Source: Barthelona sp. PCE (Eukaryota). From it: a stretch of DNA of 64,000 nt. The DNA lies in assembly GCA_040285745.1 (NCBI GenBank), contig JAUFOR010000003.1, positions 744,001-808,000 on the forward strand, read 5' to 3'. The notes beneath the pieces were generated by a model. The model saw only the letters and a list, made by a program, of their open reading frames with translations. It searched no databases and was not told the origin of the DNA. Shown piece by piece: positions 1 through 11,000 of this stretch (the first letter of the stretch is position 1; every line of letters starts with the position of its first letter). The position numbers were made by a program, and so were the translations under genes.

Positions 1-2038
1 CAAACTGAGTCAGAAACTCACAGTTTTCAACGTCTAAACCTGTTGAAATCTCATCCATGAAGATATAGCGTGGGTTGCCGACAAAACCAGTTGCTGTCGC
101 CAACCTGCGTTTCATTCCACCAGAGTATTCCCCTGCCTTCTTATCTTTGTGCTCTAACAAGTCAACACCATTCAATAAGAATTCTATATGTTCGGGAATG
201 TCCTCCTCTTTCATACCCTTCAACCTACAGTAAAACTGAAGATTTTCGAAACCAGTGAGCTCGTCATAAACACACGCGCGGTTGTCCTGTGGTACGAAGT
301 TAATATCAATGTTTGACTCATCCTGATAAGTCTGCTTTCCAAAATAGATAGATCCTGATGTTATAGAGTTAATACCACAAAGTGACTGAATGAACGTTGT
401 CTTGCCGGCAGCTGATGCACCCAGCAAACCATACACGTGACCAGCCTCAAATACACAACTGATACGATCGTTGGCCGGATCTCCATGTGTAGTGTATTTC
501 TTAGTGACGTCTAAAGCAATAATCTTGTTTTTCAGATCCCCTCTCATGAGGCATTCGATAGCTCTCTCTTTTTGTGCAACAGCAGTCTCGTAATCCACGA
601 CAGAATCTTCGGGAACATAACTAGTAGTGTTAGCAATTGCTATTGACTCCGCAATCGGTTTAACCAATTGTCTGCGTGTCTCTGTGCGGGCAATTAAGTA
701 ACTTAGCACCGATAAGATCGCAGTATTGATGAATAACGCAAAGAAATTTCTGCCGAATCTAGTGTCAAAATCAAAAATACCATTCAGAGACAGAGGATCC
801 TGTTCAACGGATAAGTTCATACCGATTGCCTTCAGACAGCCAAGGATAGACTGTGAGGGAAGTACAAAAAGTGAAAATGCAAACTGATCCTCACCTAAAA
901 ATATAAACCTGATGACATTTGCAATATCACTTGAGATGAAAACCCATATATACGCAAAGAGGGTACCAGTGTTGGTCTTTTTAAAGAATCTGGAAAACAA
1001 ACATGAAACTGCTACTGCATTAATACCCACCATGATGAAAAGTGCAATAAAGACAAAAAACGAAGATTTCATCAAGTAATCAAGACCGTATAGCCAACCT
1101 ATGGCGTATGTGAATAGATATAGGACGAAAGAAAACATAAAAAAGAAAAGTAAAGTAGGCTTGTAATAAGTTTTCAACCCAACAGTCTTTAAGAGCTGTG
1201 TCATTCCCCTCTCCCTTTCGTAAAGCAGTGCGTAAACGATGACTGCGCAGGGGAACTGCAATAGAAAGAGCATGAAACCTGGTAGCGCGGCACGTGACAC
1301 ATCAAGTGAAGTTGTGTAGTTGTGATGAGGAAACTGGCGCATCGTAGGGATAGATATGGGCGGAAGATCCGAAATATACTGCATGTGCAAAGCATGGAAC
1401 ATACCAACTCCCGTGAACAACAGACTTTGCTCATAAGCTTTCTTAAACCGACGATTATATCCTATTGTGATATTTAACTCCTGCTTTTCCTTACTGTATC
1501 CGTAAAATTCAACTGAAGTTTGTATGCTTTGCCATTTATGCCAACCAATCACATCATAAAACCATTTGTTCATCGATAAAGTCGTATCATACTCCGTTGT
1601 GTCAAGATTGCTGACCTTATTCTTGGACAGGTAGTGCGGGAAATCACCCATTAACCCACCAGAATATGTATCGTTGAAGTAGTAAATACTTCCAATTTCA
1701 GATGCGTTTCCTCCGTTATATGCGATAGGAAGATTCCAATAGTCTGCAAACAGAGGCAGCGGTGGCGGGTGCTTATCCTCAAGCTGCAAATCCTGGGTGT
1801 ACTCGTCAGCTAAATTCTGCAAAAAAGGAATCATTGTTAAAAGTAACAAAGGAAGTAAGATTTGGACAACTAAAGATGCTCTCTGGCGTCTTTGGAATAC
1901 CCACAGTTTCCTTAACATTGCAAAAAACTGCCTTTTGTTGTTTGGAGTGAAAGACTCATCCTCTGATTCATTTTTCTTTAGTAAAGGTACTGTGTCACCT
2001 TCATAGCGACGATGTCGCCTGGATCCAAAAAGCCCCAT
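1..2038 (-). CDS. ABCA-subfamily ABC transporter (TMD-NBD; runs off window start)
   Basis: Missing from the ORF track because it has no stop in the window. Manual translation from ATG 2038 gives the ABCA N-terminal motif RQFFAMLRKLWVFQRRQ..VQILLPLLLL, YERERGMTQLLKTVGL, Walker A GLLGASAAGKTT, signature YSGGMKRRL and Walker B ILMDEISTGLD. Frame was checked in several segments, not at every codon. Confidence 0.9.
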   Translation of the reverse strand, partial: MGLFGSRRHRRYEGDTVPLLKKNESEDESFTPNNKRQFFAMLRKLWVFQRRQRASLVVQILLPLLLLTMIPFLQNLADEYTQDLQLEDKHPPPLPLFADYWNLPIAYNGGNASEIGSIYYFNDTYSGGLMGDFPHYLSKNKVSNLDTTEYDTTLSMNKWFYDVIGWHKWQSIQTSVEFYGYSKEKQELNITIGYNRRFKKAYEQSLLFTGVGMFHALHMQYISDLPPISIPTMRQFPHHNYTTSLDVSRAALPGFMLFLLQFPCAVIVYALLYERERGMTQLLKTVGLKTYYKPTLLFFFMFSFVLYLFTYAIGWLYGLDYLMKSSFFVFIALFIMVGINAVAVSCLFSRFFKKTNTGTLFAYIWVFISSDIANVIRFIFLGEDQFAFSLFVLPSQSILGCLKAIGMNLSVEQDPLSLNGIFDFDTRFGRNFFALFINTAILSVLSYLIARTETRRQLVKPIAESIAIANTTSYVPEDSVVDYETAVAQKERAIECLMRGDLKNKIIALDVTKKYTTHGDPANDRISCVFEAGHVYGLLGASAAGKTTFIQSLCGINSITSGSIYFGKQTYQDESNIDINFVPQDNRACVYDELTGFENLQFYCRLKGMKEEDIPEHIEFLLNGVDLLEHKDKKAGEYSGGMKRRLATATGFVGNPRYIFMDEISTGLDVENCEFLTQF

Positions 2039-3623
2039 GGAAAAAAGTATGCTCAAAGAGTTGAAAAGGCTGCTAAAAAAATTTTACACCTCTTACATGA
2101 GCATTCCTGCTGCAATTGAGTTGGGGCCCCTTAGGCAGGCGCTCGAGGAAGATGTTCCAGGGCTGTGTGACACTCCTACTGCAACAGCCTCTCTGCATGA
2201 AGGCCCTATTGAGCTTCGCAGTTTAGTTGTTCCATTGCTAAACGTTCATCAGTGCGAATACCTAATGCACAATTCAGATATCAGATTCATGTTTGATTTT
2301 GGTGTACGTTATTATTTTTCAAGAAATCAATTTGGTGGTAAATGGAAGAAATTTCATTCAAAAGAAGAGCTAATTGAGCTGCAGAACGAGTTTTCTGATA
2401 AGCTTAATTCATACCCCAAGGAAGCACCACTTTTTCTACTTGTAAGTCATTTCCATGAAGATCACATTGGTTATCTCCGTGAAGCTGTTGTTCAATGCTT
2501 CTTCCCGCTGTACCAAGATCTTTTGTTCATTGTAGAAGAGGCAGAACGATCATGCTTATCAGAAGAAAGCGGATTGGAAGACATATCGGCTATTGACCCT
2601 CAATCATTCCTGATGGACTGTTTCAGGGACGCTGAGTGCATCGAGCAGTTGAAAAACATCTTGCTAAAGAACCTGAAGTTCGAGATATCAATACACGCAT
2701 CTAATCAGTATCCACCATCGTTTGTCCTGAGTCTTCTCAAAGAAATGATGAGGAAGAACATTAGGAGATCGACACGCGAGCGCTTTGAGAAGTGTGTGCA
2801 GCTTATCCGCAGTCACCCCCATAGGATGTACATGAGGTGCATGTCGCAACCTCATGTAGACTGGAAGAATTTTTTCTCGGAGGAGGAGGGGTATGTGTTC
2901 TGCACAACAAACACCGCATCAAGCGATTCAGTTCGAGTGATCATTCCTTCAAGCCCTATTCTCCCTTATGACATTTCTCTTTTTCTACCTCCGTATGTTA
3001 AGCCACGATCAAGGGATATCAACGATAACTCCCTGATGGCAGACATTGTTTCTTCCCAAGCTAGTGTTTTGCTCACATTTGATGCGACTCCTAAAGTATT
3101 TAAGCCATTTATTCCAAAAAGTAATGAGTCATATGTGCAAAAGGAGAGAAACTGTCTCCGAAGTCACTACGATCTTATATTTTGGCCTCACCACGGTTCA
3201 GATCGCACAGATTTCTCTGTTGTATTAAAGGTTGTTGAGTGTTACAATTTTATTGTACGTTCTGGTTTTCATGCTAATCTTAGAAGTCCGCAGAAGCATT
3301 TTATCGATCGGAAAAAGGTTGTTCTGACTCAGATTAAGGATGGAATCACAGAGAGACTAAATTTAACTCCTAACTCAATACCTGTTAGAGCAAATATTGT
3401 GTTTTTAAACTGTCCAGATGACCATAAATACGTTGAAACTTTCGATGATTCTTCAGTTTTTATTGAAGTGCATGAAGTCAAAAATGCACAAGAATTCCAT
3501 CATTTTAATTACACAGTAACACATAATAAGGTTGTACTTACCCATGGTGATGAAGAAATCATCATGTCCGATGATGTGGATATTGATTCGTGTCAATGTT
3601 GTTCGATGTGCAACTTACTGTAA
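2037..3623 (+). CDS. ComEC/Rec2-like metallo-beta-lactamase-fold hydrolase (true start possibly ATG 2097)
   Basis: Motifs in ComEC order: LLNVHQCEYLM (~LDVGQGD), MFDFG, VSHFHEDHIG (HxHxDH), NDNSLM..VLLTFD (~NNNS..FTGD), DLIFWPHHGS, IVRSGFHANLRSP (~ISVG..N.YGHP). Confidence 0.75.
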   Translation: MEKSMLKELKRLLKKFYTSYMSIPAAIELGPLRQALEEDVPGLCDTPTATASLHEGPIELRSLVVPLLNVHQCEYLMHNSDIRFMFDFGVRYYFSRNQFGGKWKKFHSKEELIELQNEFSDKLNSYPKEAPLFLLVSHFHEDHIGYLREAVVQCFFPLYQDLLFIVEEAERSCLSEESGLEDISAIDPQSFLMDCFRDAECIEQLKNILLKNLKFEISIHASNQYPPSFVLSLLKEMMRKNIRRSTRERFEKCVQLIRSHPHRMYMRCMSQPHVDWKNFFSEEEGYVFCTTNTASSDSVRVIIPSSPILPYDISLFLPPYVKPRSRDINDNSLMADIVSSQASVLLTFDATPKVFKPFIPKSNESYVQKERNCLRSHYDLIFWPHHGSDRTDFSVVLKVVECYNFIVRSGFHANLRSPQKHFIDRKKVVLTQIKDGITERLNLTPNSIPVRANIVFLNCPDDHKYVETFDDSSVFIEVHEVKNAQEFHHFNYTVTHNKVVLTHGDEEIIMSDDVDIDSCQCCSMCNLL

Positions 3624-3636
3624 CTCTTCTTATTTA

Positions 3637-6372
3637 TTATCCATAGTTATCAATGTTAAACAGTAGGTTCATATAGTCATAAATACCACGCAAACGCTCG
3701 CAGTCAGAAAAAGTAAACCCGTTTATGAGTGGTTCAATTGAATCGGTGAATGTTTTCAAATTCTTTTTTGTTGATACCAAAAATTGTTTGTTTTTGGCTT
3801 TGTTGCTCTGCTCATCCAATATTTCCGCTATTAGACCGTTACAGCAGTACAAAATACCCTGTCTCATGGGATTAAGATCTTCCTTTGCTCTGATGCTATC
3901 AAAATATGCATAGTACTCACTCATATCATTCAAAATACTCCTACCCATCACAATTCGGTCCGAGTCATCGTCACAGTATAGAGATCGCACCAAAATAGCT
4001 ATGAGAAGCAAAATCCACTCATAAAAGGAACCATCGACTGTTTTCAAATTCGAAAGTAAATCAAAAACAATTCTTAGAATTGGAGTAGGGTCACCACTAT
4101 CGCTCAACACACCCGTTAGAAACAGTGGCAATGCGTTCATGATTTGCAAAGTGTAAGGTGCAAATGCAACATTAAGCAACATTGCACCCTGCTGTTGAAT
4201 GACGATATCGTTGGGGTTGATAAGCCAATAAAAGAGGATGCATGATAAGATCTCCTCCATATTAAAGGCTTGACTGAAAATCTCAACATCATCAGCTGTC
4301 ACTCCTAGTTTATCAAACCATGGCAGTTGGATGTTTGCAATTAAAAGACAGAACCCTTTGAACATCTCAGTGGTGTATTCCTCATGTAGTTCGTTGCTGT
4401 CTACACAATTCCATAACAGTGAAGTGAGAGAGTGCTCTATTTCAGTAAGCAGTACAGAATCCTCTTCTTCGCTTTCATCCTCGCTTTCATTCTGTGGAGA
4501 TGTATAAGAGAAGATATCCGTCAGACCAAAGGTTTCCACACATGTTTCGATGAAATAAATCCCCTTACTGAGCAACAAATCAAGGACTGTCCTAAAAAGC
4601 AAGCACTTCAGCTCTTCGTCGGGGCTGTAGTTCAAAATAAACTGTGTAAAAGGATGCCTATCGGTAACAAACCCACCTCTTGATTCAATAAATGTAATAA
4701 AAACCTTCAAACATGCATTTTGTAATCCTGATGACAGGTACCCAATGGAAGAAAGATTATTACACGTTCGCATGAAGTAATACATATCGTCATTTGAAAT
4801 GAGCGGGATTTCCAGAAAGGCCTGGGTAATCTCTTGCTCCCTCTCTCTCGCCTCATTGATGCATATCTGCAAGTGTGTGGAATAGTGGTACATGAACTGC
4901 AGATCCCCACGGATAACATCTACGAAATCAACAGATCTAGCAGTGGTTATTAAATTACAAAACAACTTATCAAGGATATCGTCAGAGACCGTGTCTCTCA
5001 TGTCCCAGTCCACAAAGTCTCGAGAAAGTGGGCGTAAAAGATTCTCTATGATAATTGAGCGATGATACTCGTCCTCAGCAAAAACGCCACGTTTGTTAAC
5101 TTCTGAAAGAATAGCTGAAAGGGAGTTAATCAGAAAAGAGAAGTGGGATTCCTTAACGAATTTAGTCGATACAAACAAGAGTTCGCTGAATACAAACGGT
5201 GATGGTGTTAATGCAGTGAACTGTTGATCCGTAAAACAGGAACAAACGGCACTGAGAAGATATACAGACCTGATATCTGTCAAGAAACCATAACAGTTGT
5301 CACGTATTGTGGATAACAGCTTCTCTCTTTTAATGTTCATGTTCTTCGCAATTTCATTAACTTCCTGTTGTCGATCAGGCATTTCTGCAATGATGTTCTC
5401 ATTCTCTTTCACAAAAACGTAAATATTTTCAGGTAAGAAACTTGTTGACTCCATCGCAACGATTTTTAAAAATTCTGTTAAAATATCTATATCTGCTTTG
5501 CTTAATCTCTCCAATTCGATTTTATCAATGATACTGAGAACGATATCGTCAGAAATATGATGACTTATCCAAATGCTGAGCTGATCCTTAACTAGTTCTC
5601 GATCACTTTCCTCATTCAGATTCATAAGGCTACGTATTATCCATAGGATCTCCTGTGCGGGTATGTCCACGTTCGAAAGCAAATCAACAAGAACGGGTAT
5701 TATGTCAGAACGAACAGCTTTGTTATCTAAAAGTGTTATAAAAACACTAATAATCTTTATATGTAATTCCTCACTCTCTATCAACAGTTGAGGATCAATG
5801 AATATTTCTTTCAGAGACTTAAATGCCGCCTTACATATCTTTTCGTTGCTTCCATCATGGACTATCAAAGACAATAAAGAGTTGATCACTTCAACTGAAA
5901 CAACCAGATGCGTACATGTTTCCACTGCTAAAAGACGAATTGTCTGCAGCTTATCGTTGAGGAGCGATACCATGGCTGCGTTAAGCTCATCGAATAACTG
6001 TGTGTCGACAGGGAACTTTGCGAAAAAATTGCTTAGAAAAACTTCTTTAATAATACTAATACAGAATACTCTTTTCTTTGTGTCTGGAAGAAAGAGGAGC
6101 CTCAAAAATGACTCAAAAATTAGCTCAACGTATTCAATATTGAATAAATGCAGAGTTCCAACAATTGCGCTTACAAAATTGGTGCGCAATGGTTTTCTAA
6201 ATGAGTCTGACTGACCCACGAGTGCCATAAGACACTGATTGTACCGCGTATATGTATCATCATCGTCATTATCAACAGAAATTAAGCACTTGTGAATATA
6301 TTTCGACAGCTCCTGATAAAGCATTGCGGAAGCCCCATGTTCCTCAAATATACGCAGAAAAACCTCTGGCAT
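3637..6372 (-). CDS. NCAPG: Condensin subunit CAP-G/Ycg1-like HEAT-repeat protein
   Basis: 911 aa helical protein. LLNDKLQTIRLLAV and LIVHDGSNEKICKAAF resemble CAP-G HEAT motifs. LFRTVLDLLLSKG resembles the Cnd3 domain. Confidence 0.65.
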   Translation of the reverse strand: MPEVFLRIFEEHGASAMLYQELSKYIHKCLISVDNDDDDTYTRYNQCLMALVGQSDSFRKPLRTNFVSAIVGTLHLFNIEYVELIFESFLRLLFLPDTKKRVFCISIIKEVFLSNFFAKFPVDTQLFDELNAAMVSLLNDKLQTIRLLAVETCTHLVVSVEVINSLLSLIVHDGSNEKICKAAFKSLKEIFIDPQLLIESEELHIKIISVFITLLDNKAVRSDIIPVLVDLLSNVDIPAQEILWIIRSLMNLNEESDRELVKDQLSIWISHHISDDIVLSIIDKIELERLSKADIDILTEFLKIVAMESTSFLPENIYVFVKENENIIAEMPDRQQEVNEIAKNMNIKREKLLSTIRDNCYGFLTDIRSVYLLSAVCSCFTDQQFTALTPSPFVFSELLFVSTKFVKESHFSFLINSLSAILSEVNKRGVFAEDEYHRSIIIENLLRPLSRDFVDWDMRDTVSDDILDKLFCNLITTARSVDFVDVIRGDLQFMYHYSTHLQICINEAREREQEITQAFLEIPLISNDDMYYFMRTCNNLSSIGYLSSGLQNACLKVFITFIESRGGFVTDRHPFTQFILNYSPDEELKCLLFRTVLDLLLSKGIYFIETCVETFGLTDIFSYTSPQNESEDESEEEDSVLLTEIEHSLTSLLWNCVDSNELHEEYTTEMFKGFCLLIANIQLPWFDKLGVTADDVEIFSQAFNMEEILSCILFYWLINPNDIVIQQQGAMLLNVAFAPYTLQIMNALPLFLTGVLSDSGDPTPILRIVFDLLSNLKTVDGSFYEWILLLIAILVRSLYCDDDSDRIVMGRSILNDMSEYYAYFDSIRAKEDLNPMRQGILYCCNGLIAEILDEQSNKAKNKQFLVSTKKNLKTFTDSIEPLINGFTFSDCERLRGIYDYMNLLFNIDNYG

Positions 6373-6431
6373 ATATTAAAATTGTTGAAAAGGTATCAAA
6401 AATGCACAACAAATTTTCTTGCTTTTACTAT

Positions 6432-7580
6432 TTATAATCCATCAAAGAATCCTTTAGGGAATCGGAAATTCGACATTTCAAATCTGCTACGATTAGGAAA
6501 TTGTTGTAACATTTCTCTCCTAAAAGCTTCACGAGCTTCTCTGGCACCATCTTTTTCTGGATCGATGAAATCATTTAGATTGTAGAAAGGCTGAGGCCAT
6601 TTCTTAATTAATTCATGTAAAGCTTGTTGATCTTCATAATTAGTTATATGTTTAAACCAATTCATAGTATTATGACTCATTAAAGGTTTACGACAAACAT
6701 CGCTCAATAATATCTGTGCGTGAATAGCAAAATAATCAGGGTCAAATTGATAAGGTTGTCTAAAACGTTGACCTAATAATTCTTTTGAAAGACAAGTAGA
6801 ATTCATCAAATGCTTCATTAAATCTCGATGGAAAACACGTGGGGTGTGCGCAAGAATATAACTACCATGATGGTTAACGGTATCTTCAGGATCAAACATG
6901 TTAAATACTTCATCATAAGTGGTCATCATAGACATCCAATGTTCATTACTTTCATCACGATGATATAATCTTTTTCTAAAAACTGTCATCATACCTTCAT
7001 CTGCTATAAAATCCTTTAAAGTAACACCATCCTTAAAAAATAAATCATCATTCATGTAAATATAAACTTCACTTAATCCTGGGATATCTGGAATAGTAGC
7101 CTCTATAGGCCTGGAATTAAAGGTGGGTAATTGTTGTTTGGGGTTTGGGAAAACGTCTTCATGGAAAACTATCCTCAAATCCGGATGAGACGTATTCAAC
7201 CAATAAGGTACTTGACCGTTTGTGTAAAGAACAACATTTCTTCCAAAATCAATGTGTTCTTCAATGCTCCTGAGAGAGAAGAATAGCTCGAAGTTATCAG
7301 AATATTGGAAAGAACTGGGTTCTGAACCACTATACTTACCATACTCTTTAAGGAAATTGGGGTCGGAGCCATTAACCCATGTGTAGACGAAATCAACTTT
7401 CTCTGTGTTCTTGATCTCTCTCATCAGATCTTCATTGACGAATGCTGGACATTCAGCCCGCTTTATCCCAATAAATTTATCTTCTCTGTGTTCACCGAAA
7501 AGATCTGTTACCAGAGGAGAAAATAGGACGAAGATTGATAGGACAACAATAATTTTTTGTTTCTGAGATGAATTGTTCAT
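6432..7580 (-). CDS. Stealth-family hexose-1-phosphate transferase (paralog 1)
   Basis: CR1 VDFVYTWVNGSDP, CR2 ELFFSLRSIE..LPTFNSRPIE..YMNDDLFF, CR3 HTPRVF, CR4 FYNLND; N-terminal TM anchor. Confidence 0.92.
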   Translation of the reverse strand: MNNSSQKQKIIVVLSIFVLFSPLVTDLFGEHREDKFIGIKRAECPAFVNEDLMREIKNTEKVDFVYTWVNGSDPNFLKEYGKYSGSEPSSFQYSDNFELFFSLRSIEEHIDFGRNVVLYTNGQVPYWLNTSHPDLRIVFHEDVFPNPKQQLPTFNSRPIEATIPDIPGLSEVYIYMNDDLFFKDGVTLKDFIADEGMMTVFRKRLYHRDESNEHWMSMMTTYDEVFNMFDPEDTVNHHGSYILAHTPRVFHRDLMKHLMNSTCLSKELLGQRFRQPYQFDPDYFAIHAQILLSDVCRKPLMSHNTMNWFKHITNYEDQQALHELIKKWPQPFYNLNDFIDPEKDGAREAREAFRREMLQQFPNRSRFEMSNFRFPKGFFDGL

Positions 7581-8096
7581 ATTTAAAATGGTAAATTATG
7601 CACAAGTTTTTTTTAATTGTTTAAAGTTATTCAACGGTTTTGAGAAAACTTTTTGAGATCCTCACGTAAGTCTACGTGTGAAAAGATTTGAGAAGGAGTA
7701 AAAAATATTTTTACATCGCAATTCATTCATTAAACACATATTTAAATTCTCTGAGAAAGACATATAGCAAATAAACCTGAGATATGCTGAATAAATGCTA
7801 CAAACTTCATACATTGAGAACCTCCCAATGAATCTTACCATTATAGCTGACTAAATTAATTGATTCACCACAAAAACTTATGTAATCAAAATTAAAAGTA
7901 AAATAAAGTACCGCTGTTGTAAAAAAAAAATCCTGTGTTTAAGCGGATAAAACAACTCTTTAACCTTGGAATAACACCCACTAAATGTTGATTTAGGGCA
8001 CAACTGATATTCATAGCACTCATAAATGATGTATAAACTTATACCTTCCTTATCTTTTCTAAATACCATTTATTTCGGTTCTTTCAGGGATTAAGC

Positions 8097-11000
8097 ATGT
8101 TTGGACATCAACTAACGTCCAGCGCCAACTCTTTGTTAGCCAGACTTTCTTCAGTACATTATTTAAGTTCTGCTTATGAAACTTGCGTGAGCTTTGGTAT
8201 TTTTGATTCAAAGAAATCACGCTATCTCACAGAATCATTCTCAGTACACATACCTCCACTATTAAAATTTGAGAGGCATCAAGTTCGTGGTATTAACCAG
8301 TGTGATTTCGCAGACCTGGACCTTGAAGTAACCCAGATGCACTATAACTTCTTTGTAATCATATACAGAAGACTGCGACCACAACCAGGAGCTTCTAATT
8401 GTGCATTTGATTGTTGGCAACGTATAGCTGCTGGCTCCTTTGAATTAGAACACATTGTAGACATGATGTTCAGGTCAGAGAAGGCCATCCCGGTTGCCAC
8501 AATTGACATTCCATTATATTATGTTGATGATGATTCAGTACCTGATGAAGGTGTTCTGAGCCATCTTCTAAAACCTCGAGAATATGATCATTTATATATA
8601 GAACCGACGTTTCAAAGTGTTACATTTCAGTTCGAACTCAGTCAGCCTTCTGTTTTTTGTGCACCTGTATTTTCTTTTGTTACTGAAGAAAATACTAATA
8701 GATTTATTTCTAGCTTTACAGCAAATATGGTTCCACATATGAATTCTACCCACGAACCCAATTATCTATATATTTCCTTTGATTCCCTGGTGGTCAGGGG
8801 TGTCAATGGTGGTTATGGTGCAATACACTTTAATTTACTAGATTTTGATGGTCTTCCACTTCAAATCCCTGCACTTTGCGAGCATAGAGGACCTTCGCTT
8901 AAATATGACGTGTTTTCTCCGCTGTTTAAGATGTCGCCTGTTGTAATATCATCGTTTAAGTTCTGCATCGATTTATCTGTTTTCCCACGGCTTACAGACC
9001 CTGTTCTATTGGTCGCTGAGCTCATACACATCCCTGAACGCCGCAAAAGTGTTCAGAATGGTAAGTACAAACTTTTATGCACAAGTCAGCCGCTTTTACT
9101 CAAGCGACCTGACGGTTACCAGTTCACAACAGGCCCACAGACCATGAAACTTGGATCAGACGTTGAGACACCGCAGGAAAACATCGCACGACTGGCAATA
9201 GTTGCTGAGGTAGAAGAAGATGATTCGTCTACAGGAAGCGGTGGTTTTAGTGATACTCTATCTTTCCCTAATATTTCAGTTCTTGGAGAACTGCAGGTTG
9301 GGGAATCCGTGGATCTGAGCGATTTCGACGTGGATGATTCAATGGAGCTTAGCGAACCCGAATTTTCGACAGCGGATGAAATTTTGAGTGATCACACGCT
9401 CACATCACCGAGCCGTAGCATGTCTTTCGTGGACGGTATGAAACAGAAGCGCGTTCATGGGTTAACACACTCTCTCAGTCTTGCTTCCCCTATGATGCGT
9501 CAAAGTGTTGCTAATAAGCTGGAAGATGGACCATTTTCAGGAAGATTGCCTAATAATAGCACATTCAGAATGACCAGAAGTGATTCAGTGGCGAGCGCAG
9601 CCCCCTTTATATCGGATCAAATAGAATGTGAAATGTCCCTATCAATTGAATTGCTGAGTAGGACTTATTCAAATGATGAGTACATTTCACGAATATTCTT
9701 TGACTTGGATGCACTGATTGACAACTATAACAATGACCCACGGTTCTTTTCTGTTGATTCTCCAACGGAATTTTCCCAACGCGAACTCCTCACAAATAAT
9801 TTGATTGATAGTCTCAGAACATTACCACTCGCCAAAGCGGAGCAGAGAACACTGTTTATGGATAAATTAATTAAGAAATTGAGTTTGCTTCTGAGTAATT
9901 ATTTCACCAACCCAATTATGCTCATCCATCTTATAGCAGCGCTGTGTGTTTTATTGGCACTTTCAAAGGATGACGAGAAAGCTGTTGTGATTCGACTTTT
10001 AAAGAAAGAAATTAGTCGTTTCCAAGTTTTTCACCAAATTTTTTCTTTTTTGTGTGGATTCTTTGATAATTTAGTCGATAAATCACTCGATGGGATCCCC
10101 GGTTTCAGCGGCACGGATATAAACGGTGTCGGATTTAGGCGTAAGTCCTCGAATTTGAGCACTTTAGCCAAACAATCATCATCTAATATTTCTGACGTCG
10201 ATGCCATATCACTTCCGCCTAAAATGACCATGTCTATCATTAAAAGCTACACATACCTGTTGGATATGTGTCTTTTTGGCTTCTCTTCTAGTGATTTTCT
10301 TCCAAGTTCTCCAGTTAAAAGTCCTTTACGTTCAAAATTCAATTTTAATCCTTCTTTAATGCGTATGGCAAGCAACATTTCTTCCATCGTCACAGAAACA
10401 AAGGTAATAGATGTGGACTATGAGCTGAGTGGTTACGATCCCTGTATCATTGATCTTACTTCAACTCTCACTGATTCTCTTGAAAACCTAATTGTAGTTC
10501 TTGATTCACACGGTTTATTGGAAACAAACACGTACATCAATATGCTGATGCTCCCCATTCTTAAAGATCGAAGCAATATTTCCAGTGTTCGTGCTTGCAA
10601 GTTTTTTGTTGACTATTGTCCACAGGATACTATCAATTGTTTGTATTGGTGCCTAACTTCCCTGTTAGAGAATGCCAACGATCTCTTTGACAACGAACTG
10701 CAAACGCAATTGATGAATGTTCTCTTTGAAGTTTTCACCGTTTCTAAGACTCTTTCTCATTTCAGTTTTCTTAGTTTAGATCCGATTTTGGAACTTCTTC
10801 AGAGCGTTGTGTACAATACGCCCTTAGTTTCTTCCATTATCGAGCAATTATCTAGTGTAACTGCCAACTCTCGATTGAGCAATGTGCAAGAAGTACCCAG
10901 TTTTGATTTTACCAAACATATTCTTGACTTCAATGACATAAAACAAAACACTGAGCTTAAAGCGCTTTCAGTATTGTTTAACCATATGGAGCGTGAACTA

